DNA of 62,388 bases, counting the filler, from Actinomycetota bacterium (GTDB lineage Bacteria; Actinomycetota; Acidimicrobiia; Spongiisociales; UBA4744), in assembly GCA_013152275.1 (NCBI GenBank). It is 4 parts of 4 records of this genome, joined end to end, with 100 filler letters (N's around TTAATTAATTAA, not from the genome) between each part and the next. Parts side by side here need not be neighbours in the genome. Positions count along the whole stretch, not along the records: positions 31,915 to 47,243 come from JAADGS010000041.1; positions 47,344 to 62,388 come from JAADGS010000053.1; 2 more parts are not named here. The stretch is one strand, 5' to 3'. The notes below the pieces were generated by a model, which saw nothing but the letters and a program-made list of their open reading frames with translations, was not told the DNA's origin and did no database searches. Positions 40,312 through 48,926 of this stretch are shown piece by piece (positions within the stretch are counted from its first letter, which is position 1; each line of letters opens with the position of its first letter). Both the position numbers and the translations under genes were made by a program.

Positions 40312-41369
40312 AGAGCGGGGTAACTCGATTGGTCACGATCGCCGTGACCGTTGCCGTGGTCGGCGTCGTCGCCGTCGTAGGAGGGCGCAAACTTGCCGGC
40401 TGGGCGGGAGGCCTGGGAAGACCGACCGACGTCACGGCTCCTGCAAACGTCGTTGCCGGCGCGCCGATCACCATCGAGGTTCCCGCGGGATCCGCCGCGA
40501 GGCAGATCGGAGTCATCCTTGCAGAGAACGGAGTGGTGCCTTCGGCCCTGGCGTTCGAACTCGCCGTGAGGGGCTCGGGGGTGGCCGAACGACTTCAGGC
40601 CGGTACGTACCGGCTCGAGACGGGCATGACGGCGGGCGAGGCTCTCGACGTTCTCCTGCGGGGGCCCATCGTCGACAGTTACCGGGTGACGGTCCGGGAA
40701 GGCCTTTGGGTAACGGAGATCCTCGACAGCCTCGCCGCGCAGACCAAGTACGACCGGGAGGATTTCGAAAGCGCACTGAGTAACGTCGACTCTTCCCACG
40801 GGTACGGCGGGGGAGGCCTCCGGTCGTGGGAGGGCGGCCTCTTTCCCGACACGTACGAGTTCACGTCGGATGCTTCTGCCGAGGAGATTCTCCAGCGGAT
40901 GGCGACGACGATGGATCAGCGGATCGAGGCCGTGGATTGGAGCGAGCTCGAGACGCTGGGCTTCAACACGAGGGAAGGTGTCATCATCGCTTCGATAGTC
41001 GAGGCCGAAGCAAAGCTCGATGAGGACCGGCCACTGATCGCGGGCGTCGTGCTGAACCGACTCGAGCTCGACATGCCGCTGCAGATCGACGCCACCGTGC
41101 TCTACGCGCTCGGAGAGCGGGGCAAGGCGCTCAGTACGAAAGACCTGCAAGTCGACTCTCCCTACAACACGTATCGGGTGCAAGGGCTCCCTCCGACACC
41201 GATCGGTGCGCCGGGACTTGCCAGTCTGGAAGCAGCGGCCCATCCGGTCCGGAGCAAGTATCTCTACTACGTCTTGACGGACAAGGCCGGGGGACATTCC
41301 TTCGCGGAGACCTACGACGAGTTCCTCGCGCTCAAAGCTCAGGCAAAACGCGACGGGGTCATTCCCTGA
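40308..41369 (+). CDS. mltG: Endolytic transglycosylase MltG
   Basis: EGGLFPDTY, IASIVEAEA, LQIDAT, SPYNTY, GLPPTPI. Confidence 0.95.
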   Translation: MKSGVTRLVTIAVTVAVVGVVAVVGGRKLAGWAGGLGRPTDVTAPANVVAGAPITIEVPAGSAARQIGVILAENGVVPSALAFELAVRGSGVAERLQAGTYRLETGMTAGEALDVLLRGPIVDSYRVTVREGLWVTEILDSLAAQTKYDREDFESALSNVDSSHGYGGGGLRSWEGGLFPDTYEFTSDASAEEILQRMATTMDQRIEAVDWSELETLGFNTREGVIIASIVEAEAKLDEDRPLIAGVVLNRLELDMPLQIDATVLYALGERGKALSTKDLQVDSPYNTYRVQGLPPTPIGAPGLASLEAAAHPVRSKYLYYVLTDKAGGHSFAETYDEFLALKAQAKRDGVIP

Positions 41370-41370
41370 G

Positions 41371-41403
41371 GTGTCAGGTGCGGGGGAACCCCGCATCTCA
41401 CAC
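41371..41403 (+). terminator. Stem-loop after mltG
   Basis: GGTGCGGGG-GAA-CCCCGCATC hairpin. Confidence 0.45.
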
Positions 41404-41461
41404 TTCGTCGATCGCAGGCGGCCGACTGTTCACGGTCGGCGGTCGGCGTTGGTGCAAAACC

Positions 41462-41488
41462 CTCAAGCCCCTCGGCGCCAACGCCGAA
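41462..41488 (+). promoter_or_regulatory. sigma28/WhiG-type promoter CTCAAG-N15-GCCGAA upstream of the pil operon
   Basis: Same motif and spacing as at 22600 and 44190. Confidence 0.65.
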
Positions 41489-41515
41489 ACCTGACTCCAG
41501 AGAGAAGGGTTCGGA

Positions 41516-42484
41516 ATGTCGTTGAGCGGTGCGCTGGAGTCGTTTCCGGTAGTTGAAGTTCTCAAGCTCGCGGGTCGAACCGGGAAGACCGGCGTTCTGC
41601 GCGTGGACACGCAAGGTCTCGAAGCGCGGGTGTACCTCACCGAAGGCCAATTGAGTTATGGAACGACCCGGCGAGACGAAGAGTTTCACAGCAAGCTCAT
41701 CGAGGCCGGTCTGGTCGATCCAAAAGCCTGGGTCGACGTCGAGCGGAGAGAGCGCAGCATCCGTGACATCCTGAGCGAAGGTGCCACCCGGGAGCAGCTC
41801 AACGCATTCATGCTCGATCAGCTCGCGGACGTGCTGTTCCGGGTGCTGAGGGAGAGAAGTGGTCGGTTCGCTTTCTCGGAGGATGTCGCCCCACGGTTCG
41901 AAACGGGAGTCGAGCTCGACGTGGAACAATGTGTCGCGGAGGCTGAAGAGCGTCTCGGTCGTTGGAAGGAGATCGAGTCGGTGATCCCGGGCGTGGCGTT
42001 CCATCTCAGACTCGCCCCCGACGCGGCAGATGACTCCCCGGTAGAGATCGACGCCCAGGAATGGCACATCCTGGCCGGCTTTGTCGGTAGCGGCACCGTC
42101 GAGGAGGCATCGAGACAGCTCGGCTGGTCCGAGTTCAGAGCTGCGGAGCTCATGGCGGCCATGGTGCGTCGCAACCTCCTCGTGGTTGCCGATCACAGGC
42201 CCGAAGGTCGCTACACCTATGGAGGTGAGTCTTCGCCGGAGAGCGAATCGGGCGCCTCCAAGATCGAGGTGCTCGGACCTCGTCTTCCTGCTCCTCCCAA
42301 GGGCGCAGACGAGGAACCGAAAGAGGAGCCAAGGCAGGGACCGGAACAGGGGCCAGAGGACGGATCCGACGGCGAAGTGCTTCGCTCGGCTCTGTCGGAC
42401 ATCGTCATGCCATCTGAACAGCCGCAACCACCCGGACTCAAGCGCCGCCGAAGCCTCGGTGACATCATCCGAGAGGCGGAGTGA
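41516..42484 (+). CDS. DUF4388 (PATAN-like) domain protein
   Basis: MSLSGALESFPVVEVLKLAGRTGKTGVLRV...VYLTEGQL...GRFAF. Confidence 0.8.
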   Translation: MSLSGALESFPVVEVLKLAGRTGKTGVLRVDTQGLEARVYLTEGQLSYGTTRRDEEFHSKLIEAGLVDPKAWVDVERRERSIRDILSEGATREQLNAFMLDQLADVLFRVLRERSGRFAFSEDVAPRFETGVELDVEQCVAEAEERLGRWKEIESVIPGVAFHLRLAPDAADDSPVEIDAQEWHILAGFVGSGTVEEASRQLGWSEFRAAELMAAMVRRNLLVVADHRPEGRYTYGGESSPESESGASKIEVLGPRLPAPPKGADEEPKEEPRQGPEQGPEDGSDGEVLRSALSDIVMPSEQPQPPGLKRRRSLGDIIREAE

Positions 42485-42499
42485 CATGAGCGAGGAGCA

Positions 42500-44185
42500 A
42501 TGACGAGTCGCAGTATGGTCCGAAGGGACTCGGGACATCTCGGCGCGCTTCTCCTCGAAGAAGGAATCGTCACCAAAGAGGCGCTGGATCGAGGACTCGA
42601 GATCCACAACGAATCCGGCCTGCCGCTCGCACGGGTGCTGCTGGATGAGCATCTGGTCGACGAGAGAGATCTTGTTCGCGTCCTCGCCCGTTCCATCGGC
42701 CTGGACTTCGTGGATCTTCGTGAAATCACGGTCGATCCCGCCGCCGCCTCCCTGATCGCCGAGTCGCTCGCCAGCCGTTACGCGGCGATTCCGATCGGCT
42801 TCGAAGACGACCGTCTCGTCGTCGCCATGGCGGACCCGGCGAACGTGCTCGCCATCGACGACATTCGCGCGATTACGGGTCGCGAGGTCATTCCGAAGGT
42901 CGCGACGCGCAGCGATGTCGGTGAGGCGATCCAGCGGATGGCGGCGTTGGACACATCGGTGTCGGATCTCGCCGAGCTTGCAGCAGAGGACTCGGACGAG
43001 GCTCAGAGCCTGAGTGGACTCGACGCCGCCGCCGACGAAGCGCCGGTCGTCAAACTCGTCAACATGCTGATCACGAGAGCTTCGGCGGATCGTGCCTCCG
43101 ACATCCACATCGAACCGACCGAGCGGGATCTGCGGGTGCGGTTTCGCATCGACGGTGTGCTGCACGAGATCATGCGAACGCCACGATCGATCACCAACGC
43201 CGTCGTCAGCAGGCTCAAGATCATGGCCGACATCGACATTGCCGAACGGCGTCGGCCGCAGGATGGTCGCATCAGCCTGCGCGTCAGCGGTCGTCAGCTC
43301 GACCTGCGCGTCTCTACGCTTCCCACGATCTACGGCGAGAAGGTGGTCATGCGTCTTCTCGACACCTCGACGGCTCTCCTCGAACTCGAGGACCTCGGCT
43401 TTTCGCACTATACGCTCGAGGGGTTTGCCGCCTCCTACGAGAAGCCATATGGAACCATTCTCGTGGTCGGCCCGACCGGATCCGGGAAGTCGACAACGTT
43501 GTACGCAACGCTCAATGTCCTGAACAAGCCCGAGACGAACATCATCACCATCGAGGATCCCGTGGAGTATCGACTGCCCGGGGTGAACCAGGTGCAGGTC
43601 AACAGGAAAGCCGGGCTGACATTCGCCTCCGGGCTTCGATCATTTCTCCGCCAAGACCCAGACGTGATGCTCGTCGGAGAGATCCGTGACAGTGAGACAG
43701 CCTCGATCGCCATCGAATCGGCACTCACCGGCCACCTCGTGCTTTCGACGCTGCACACCAACGATGCGCCCTCCAGCGTGAGCCGGCTGATCGAGATGGG
43801 AGTCGAGCCGTTCCTGGTCGGGTCCGCACTCGACTGCGTGCTGGCACAGCGTCTGGCGCGCCGGCTCTGTGACAACTGCAAGGACGGGTACGAACCGACC
43901 GAGGCGATCCTCGAACAGGCAGGATTCGTCGAGGCTCCGGAGACGCTGTATAGGGCTGCCGGCTGCAAGGTGTGCTCGAACACCGGGTATCGAGGCCGGG
44001 TCGCAATCCACGAATTGATGACCGTCACCGAAGAGATCGAGCGTCTCGCAGTCGAGCGTGTCTCAACCGATGTTCTCAAGAAGGCGGCGATCGTGGCGGG
44101 GATGCGGACGCTCCGCCAGGACGGCATGGTGAAAGTCGCCGCGGGTGTGACGTCACTCGAGGAGATCCTTCGAGTCGTTGTGTGA
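42500..44185 (+). CDS. pilB: Type IV pilus assembly ATPase with MshEN/T2SSE_N N-terminus
   Basis: ASDIHIEP, DIAERRRPQDGR, GPTGSGKSTT, RQDPD, tetracysteine CDNC/CKVC. Confidence 0.95.
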   Translation: MTSRSMVRRDSGHLGALLLEEGIVTKEALDRGLEIHNESGLPLARVLLDEHLVDERDLVRVLARSIGLDFVDLREITVDPAAASLIAESLASRYAAIPIGFEDDRLVVAMADPANVLAIDDIRAITGREVIPKVATRSDVGEAIQRMAALDTSVSDLAELAAEDSDEAQSLSGLDAAADEAPVVKLVNMLITRASADRASDIHIEPTERDLRVRFRIDGVLHEIMRTPRSITNAVVSRLKIMADIDIAERRRPQDGRISLRVSGRQLDLRVSTLPTIYGEKVVMRLLDTSTALLELEDLGFSHYTLEGFAASYEKPYGTILVVGPTGSGKSTTLYATLNVLNKPETNIITIEDPVEYRLPGVNQVQVNRKAGLTFASGLRSFLRQDPDVMLVGEIRDSETASIAIESALTGHLVLSTLHTNDAPSSVSRLIEMGVEPFLVGSALDCVLAQRLARRLCDNCKDGYEPTEAILEQAGFVEAPETLYRAAGCKVCSNTGYRGRVAIHELMTVTEEIERLAVERVSTDVLKKAAIVAGMRTLRQDGMVKVAAGVTSLEEILRVVV

Positions 44186-44189
44186 ATCG

Positions 44190-44216
44190 TTCAAGGAGCG
44201 TTTGGTTGGGGCCGAA
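44190..44216 (+). promoter_or_regulatory. Internal sigma28/WhiG-type promoter TTCAAG-N15-GCCGAA upstream of pilT
   Basis: Third copy of TCAAG-N15-GCCGA, in the pilB-pilT intergenic gap. Confidence 0.6.
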
Positions 44217-44239
44217 GCTTCCGTGGGAAGGAGAAACGT

Positions 44240-45772
44240 GTGAGCGGAGCATCGCGAAAACTTGGAGAGTTACTCGTCGACGGCCGGCTGCTGTCACGTG
44301 ACGCACTCGAGGTGTTCCTCGAGGAGGAGGAGGCCACCGGACGTCCGCTGGCCAAACTGCTCGTCGAGGGGAACCACGTTCGAGAGGAAGACGTGCTCCA
44401 GGCAGTCGCCTCCCGTGTCCGAATGCCGTATATCGATCTGGATGAGGTCTTCATCGATCCACGAGCAGCCGAGCGTCTGGAAGCGTCCAAAGCCAGGTCT
44501 CTCGTCGCCGTTCCGGTCAGGGAGGCAGATGCTTCACTGGTCGTCGTGGTCGCCGATCCATTCGGGGAGAACATTCGTTCTCAACTCGAAGAGGCGGTCG
44601 AAGGGCCGGTAACGCTCGGCCTGGGGACACGATCCGCGATTCATCGTGCACTCGACCTGATCCACGGACCGATCGAGGACTCCATCGTGGCGGATCCCAG
44701 CCGTGAACCCGTCATCGGCGAACTGCTCGCCTATGTGATCGACCACGCTGCATCGGACCTGCACCTTGCCGCCGGAGTCCCACCCCAGGTCCGCATCAAC
44801 GGCCACCTCCGGGCGATCCCAGGCTACGAAGTACTTCTCCCCGCTTCGCTACGTCGTCTCATCTACGGGATCCTCACCGAACGTCAGCGTGAGAAACTCG
44901 AGGAGACGCTCGAACTCGACGGCTCGTATCCGCTGCCCGGTCGTGGACGCTTCCGAATGAACGTCTTCTTCCAGCGGGATTCGGTCGGCGCGGTCTTTCG
45001 TGCCATTCCCACGGAGATCAAATCTTTGGAAGAGCTCGGGATCCCAAGTGTGGTCGACGAATTCGCCGATTACCAACGGGGCCTGGTCCTCGTCACCGGT
45101 CCCACCGGATCGGGCAAGTCGACCACGCTCGCCTCGATCATCGACCAGATCAACGAGCGGCGGTCGGCACATATCCTGACGGTCGAGGATCCGATCGAGT
45201 TCCTGCACCGGCACAAGAAATCAATCGTCAACCAGCGAGAGGTCGGCAACGACACGCTCGGGTTCTCCCAGGCATTGCGTCATGCACTTCGTCAGGATCC
45301 GGATGTCATCCTGGTGGGGGAGATGCGGGACCTCGAGACTATCTCGACCGCGTTGACCGCGGCCGAGACGGGCCACCTCGTGCTTGCCACCCTGCACACA
45401 CAGGATGCGGCGCAGACGATCGACAGGATCATCGATGTGTTCCCCGCTCACCAGCAGCAGCAGGTGCGGGTCCAGCTGGCAGCTTCCCTTCAGGCCGTGA
45501 TGACCCAGCAGCTGATCGAGACGAGAGATGGAACGGCGAGGGTCCCGGCCGTCGAGATCCTCATCGCCACCCCGGCGATCCGAAATCTCATCCGTGAGAC
45601 GAAAACACACCAGATCGCGACCGCACTCCAGGCGGGGGGGAAGTACGGCATGCAGACCATGGATCAGGCACTCGCCGCGCTCGTCCGCAAGAGCAAGATC
45701 ACGTTCGCCCAGGCGACAGAGCGGTGCATGAACCTCGAGGATCTGCAGCGGCTCGTCGGCAGGGTCGCGTAG
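44240..45772 (+). CDS. pilT: Type IV pilus retraction ATPase PilT with additional N-terminal MshEN/T2SSE_N-like domain
   Basis: ASDLHL, GPTGSGKSTT, EDPIE, ALRQDPD, AAETGH, AIRNLIRE (PilT signature), no tetracysteine; about 150 extra N-terminal residues starting RKLGELLVDG. Confidence 0.92.
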   Translation: MSGASRKLGELLVDGRLLSRDALEVFLEEEEATGRPLAKLLVEGNHVREEDVLQAVASRVRMPYIDLDEVFIDPRAAERLEASKARSLVAVPVREADASLVVVVADPFGENIRSQLEEAVEGPVTLGLGTRSAIHRALDLIHGPIEDSIVADPSREPVIGELLAYVIDHAASDLHLAAGVPPQVRINGHLRAIPGYEVLLPASLRRLIYGILTERQREKLEETLELDGSYPLPGRGRFRMNVFFQRDSVGAVFRAIPTEIKSLEELGIPSVVDEFADYQRGLVLVTGPTGSGKSTTLASIIDQINERRSAHILTVEDPIEFLHRHKKSIVNQREVGNDTLGFSQALRHALRQDPDVILVGEMRDLETISTALTAAETGHLVLATLHTQDAAQTIDRIIDVFPAHQQQQVRVQLAASLQAVMTQQLIETRDGTARVPAVEILIATPAIRNLIRETKTHQIATALQAGGKYGMQTMDQALAALVRKSKITFAQATERCMNLEDLQRLVGRVA

Positions 45773-45781
45773 GAGGTAATC

Positions 45782-47002
45782 ATGGTCGCCACGTTCACCT
45801 ATCACGTCAGGGACGAGCAGGGGCATCTGCACACCGGCGAACTCGAGGCCGGCTCATCCGGAGCGGCCGCCAAGGCTCTTCGGGACCGCGGGTACACGCC
45901 GCTGTCCGTCGAGGAGAAGAAACAGTCCGCACTCCAGAAGGAAATCACGATTCCCGGTCTGAGCGGGCGCATCAAGGCGAAAGAGGTCGCGATCTTCTCC
46001 CGGCAGTTTGCGACGATGATCAACGCCGGCCTTTCGCTCCTGCGGTCGCTCGACATCCTCGCCGAGCAGACGCCGAACAAGGCGTTTGCTCAGGCGATCA
46101 AGGACGTCAAGACCGACGTGGAGAAGGGGAGGAGCCTCTCCGAGGCGATGCAGCGTCACCCGAAAGCGTTCAACCGACTCTATGTCGCGATGGTCCGTGC
46201 CGGAGAGATCGGAGGCGTTCTCGATACGACGCTGCTCCGGCTGGCCGATTCGCTCGAACGTCAGGTGGAAATGCGGGGGAAGATCAAGTCGGCGATGACC
46301 TACCCGGTAGCCGTGCTCGGCCTCGTCGTGCTCATCCTGACGGCGATGCTGATCTTTGTCGTCCCCATGTTCGAGAGCATGTACGCAGAGCTCGGCGGCA
46401 CGCTTCCCTTGCCGACCCGGATCCTGCTTGCCATGTCGGGATTCGCCGCGTCGAACTGGTACATCATCCTGGGAGCCACGTTCGCCGCCGCCTATGCGTT
46501 TCGACGCTGGGTGAGTTCGGAACGGGGCCGATTCATCTTCGACCAGATCAAGCTGCGATTGCCGGTCTTCGGTGAGCTCACGCGCAAGAGTTCGATCGCC
46601 CGGTTCTCGGAGACACTGGCGTCTCTGACGAGAACGGCGGTCCCGATCCTGCAGGCGATGGACATCGTGGCCGACACCGCCGGCAACGCGGTCATCGCGA
46701 AGGCCGTCCGGGACGTACAAGCCTCCGTGAAAGAAGGCGAGTCCCTCGCAGGACCGCTGTCGGAGCATCCGATCTTCCCGCCCATGGTCGTGCAGATGCT
46801 GGCGGTCGGTGAAGAAACCGGGGCGCTGGACACGATGCTCGACAAGCTCGGAGAGTTCTACAACGCGGAGGTCAACGCGACCGTCGACAGCCTGACGTCG
46901 TTGCTCGAACCGCTGCTGATGGTCGTGCTCGGCGGGTCCGTCGGGACGATGATCATCGCCCTGTACATGCCGATGTTCAACCTCATCAACCTGGTCCAAT
47001 AG
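45782..47002 (+). CDS. pilC: Type IV pilus platform protein (T2SSF family)
   Basis: FSRQFATMINAGL, AGEIGG, AMTYP, GEETG, LLEP, LYMPMF. Confidence 0.95.
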   Translation: MVATFTYHVRDEQGHLHTGELEAGSSGAAAKALRDRGYTPLSVEEKKQSALQKEITIPGLSGRIKAKEVAIFSRQFATMINAGLSLLRSLDILAEQTPNKAFAQAIKDVKTDVEKGRSLSEAMQRHPKAFNRLYVAMVRAGEIGGVLDTTLLRLADSLERQVEMRGKIKSAMTYPVAVLGLVVLILTAMLIFVVPMFESMYAELGGTLPLPTRILLAMSGFAASNWYIILGATFAAAYAFRRWVSSERGRFIFDQIKLRLPVFGELTRKSSIARFSETLASLTRTAVPILQAMDIVADTAGNAVIAKAVRDVQASVKEGESLAGPLSEHPIFPPMVVQMLAVGEETGALDTMLDKLGEFYNAEVNATVDSLTSLLEPLLMVVLGGSVGTMIIALYMPMFNLINLVQ

Positions 47003-47062
47003 CCTGCGCGGACGGTGAGGAACCCCCGCTTGCGGCTTCGCCGGTCCTCTTTCGGGTTCGTC

Positions 47063-47243
47063 GTTCCCCCCTGCGGTCGCTTCGCTCCCTGGGCGAGACC
47101 TCTCCTACGCCGGCGCAGAGCCGCTGCGGTACGTTCGCCCCAACGGTCGCTTCGCTCCCTGGGCGAGACCTCTCCTATGCCGGCGCAGAGCCGCTGCGGT
47201 ACTTTCCCCCCTGCGGTCGCTTCGCTCCCTGGCGAAGACCCCC
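47063..47243. repeat. 70-bp tandem REP-like repeat (about 2.6 copies, cut by gap)
   Basis: CGGTCGCTTCGCTCCCTGG at 47074, 47144 and 47214. Confidence 0.85.
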
Positions 47244-47343
47244 NNNNNNNNNNNNNNNNNNNNNNNNNNNNNNNNNNNNNNNNNNNNTTAATTAATTAAN
47301 NNNNNNNNNNNNNNNNNNNNNNNNNNNNNNNNNNNNNNNNNNN
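47244..47343. other. Artificial contig spacer
   Basis: N-run with TTAATTAATTAA. Confidence 0.97.
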
Positions 47344-47514
47344 ACCCTCCCCACCACAGGATCATCATCGTCGGCCACCTCGAAAAGAGTCTCATCACCA
47401 GAATCATTCTTCATACCCGCAATTCTCGCCGAACCCGACCCGAAACGCGAGAACCCACAACACCCCAACCATCAGCCAGCCGATCGCACCGCTCACAGAT
47501 ACTGACCCACGCTC
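47344..47514 (-). mobile_element. Probable left end of an IS (IS1182-like), truncated by gap
   Basis: Starts right after CTAG (fmt stop) with GAGCGTGGGTCAG; ORF from ATG 47414 (MKNDSGDETLFEVADDDDPVVGR) runs into the gap; sits at a contig end. Confidence 0.4.
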
Positions 47515-48417
47515 CTAGGCGAACCTGCCGAGTTTGCGGCCACGCGCCCAGGCAGCGGCCTCCATCCGCTTTCGGCCCGCAGGTTGTACTTCGAGCAGCT
47601 CCAGATCGCCTCGGCCCGTTCCCAGAAACACTGCTCCCTCGCGGACGGCCAGTCGACCGGGCTCGAGGCCTGGGCCCGACGCCAGGCGAGCTCGCCACAC
47701 TTTCACCCGCTCGCCATCATGGAAACCGTAGGCACCTCCACGTGCCGTGAAGGCACGGATCACCCGATCGACCTCTTCCGCGGACATCGACGGGTCGATC
47801 TTCATCTCGGACACGTCGATGCGCTTGGCGTAGGTGATCCCCTCGGTCGGCTGTGCCCGTGGTTGCAGCTCCCCCCGCAGATACGGCGGGAGTGTCTCGG
47901 CCAGAAGCTCTGCTCCAAGCTCGCCGAGCTCACCGATGACGCGTACCGCATCGGCTTCGCTCCCTAGCTGCAACGTTCGCTTCGCCAGCAGAGGGCCCGT
48001 ATCGAGCCCCTCATCCAGTTGCATGATGGTGACTCCGGTCACGCGATCGCCGGCCAGGATGGCTCGCTCGACGGGAGCAGCTCCGCGCCACCGCGGCAGC
48101 AGCGAGAAATGAACATTCAGAAACCCCATCGCCGGTATCGACAAGACAGGCGCCGGGATGAGCATCCCAAAGGCGACCACGACCGCCACATCCGCATCCG
48201 CCGAAGCGATGATCGGGGCCAAGTCGGCCGACCGCTCCGGTTGAGATATCCCGATTCCGAGCTCCAACGCAGCCAGTTTGACCGGTGAGGGACGCAGCTT
48301 TCGTGAACGGCCGGCACCCCGGTCGGGCCGGGTGACGACCATCACGACCTGTCGGCCCAGGGTCCGCAGGGCCGGGACCGCCGAAGCGGGGGTACCCAGG
48401 AAGACGATCCTGCTCAC
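47515..48417 (-). CDS. fmt: Methionyl-tRNA formyltransferase
   Basis: FLGTP, NVHFSLLPRWRGAAP, LDTGP. Confidence 0.96.
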   Translation of the reverse strand: MSRIVFLGTPASAVPALRTLGRQVVMVVTRPDRGAGRSRKLRPSPVKLAALELGIGISQPERSADLAPIIASADADVAVVVAFGMLIPAPVLSIPAMGFLNVHFSLLPRWRGAAPVERAILAGDRVTGVTIMQLDEGLDTGPLLAKRTLQLGSEADAVRVIGELGELGAELLAETLPPYLRGELQPRAQPTEGITYAKRIDVSEMKIDPSMSAEEVDRVIRAFTARGGAYGFHDGERVKVWRARLASGPGLEPGRLAVREGAVFLGTGRGDLELLEVQPAGRKRMEAAAWARGRKLGRFA

Positions 48418-48911
48418 CGGTCGAGCCCCAGCGCTTCCTCGCGGAGATCGCGCAGCGCCTGTTTGCGAACTCTGCGTTCGAGGCGTCCGATGAGCAAGAT
48501 CCCCTCGAGGTGATCGATCTCGTGCTGAAGCACCCTCCCGAGCAGTTCCTCGCCGGCGTACTCGACCACGTTGCCGTACTCGTCCAGTCCACGCACCCGG
48601 GCGAAGGAGGGACGCTCGATCGGCCAGAACCGGTTCGGCACGGAGAGACAGCCCTCTTCGAAGAGCCAGTCTCCGGACGTCTCGAGCAGCACCGGATTGA
48701 TCAGGGCTTTCGGGCCATCTCCTGCATCGAACACCACCACGCGTTTCGAGATGCCGATCTGAGGTGCTGCCAGCCCGACACCGGGCGCGTCGTACATCGT
48801 TTCGATCAGATCGTCGACGAGGCGCCGAACGCTGTCATCGATCTCCCCCACCTCGCTTGCGCGGCTTCTGAGCACCGGATCTCCGAACGTACGTATGGGA
48901 AAGATGGCCAT
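48414..48911 (-). CDS. def: Peptide deformylase
   Basis: GVGLAAPQ, EGCLS, HEIDH; TATGCT -10 box 7 nt before ATG 48911. Confidence 0.96.
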   Translation of the reverse strand: MAIFPIRTFGDPVLRSRASEVGEIDDSVRRLVDDLIETMYDAPGVGLAAPQIGISKRVVVFDAGDGPKALINPVLLETSGDWLFEEGCLSVPNRFWPIERPSFARVRGLDEYGNVVEYAGEELLGRVLQHEIDHLEGILLIGRLERRVRKQALRDLREEALGLDR

Positions 48912-48926
48912 GCCCGCGAGCATAGT

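Noticed and set aside
47002..47515. pilC adjacent to fmt as a rearrangement
   Set aside because: The two genes are separated by an artificial gap, and contig order and orientation are arbitrary; the remaining pil genes may lie elsewhere.
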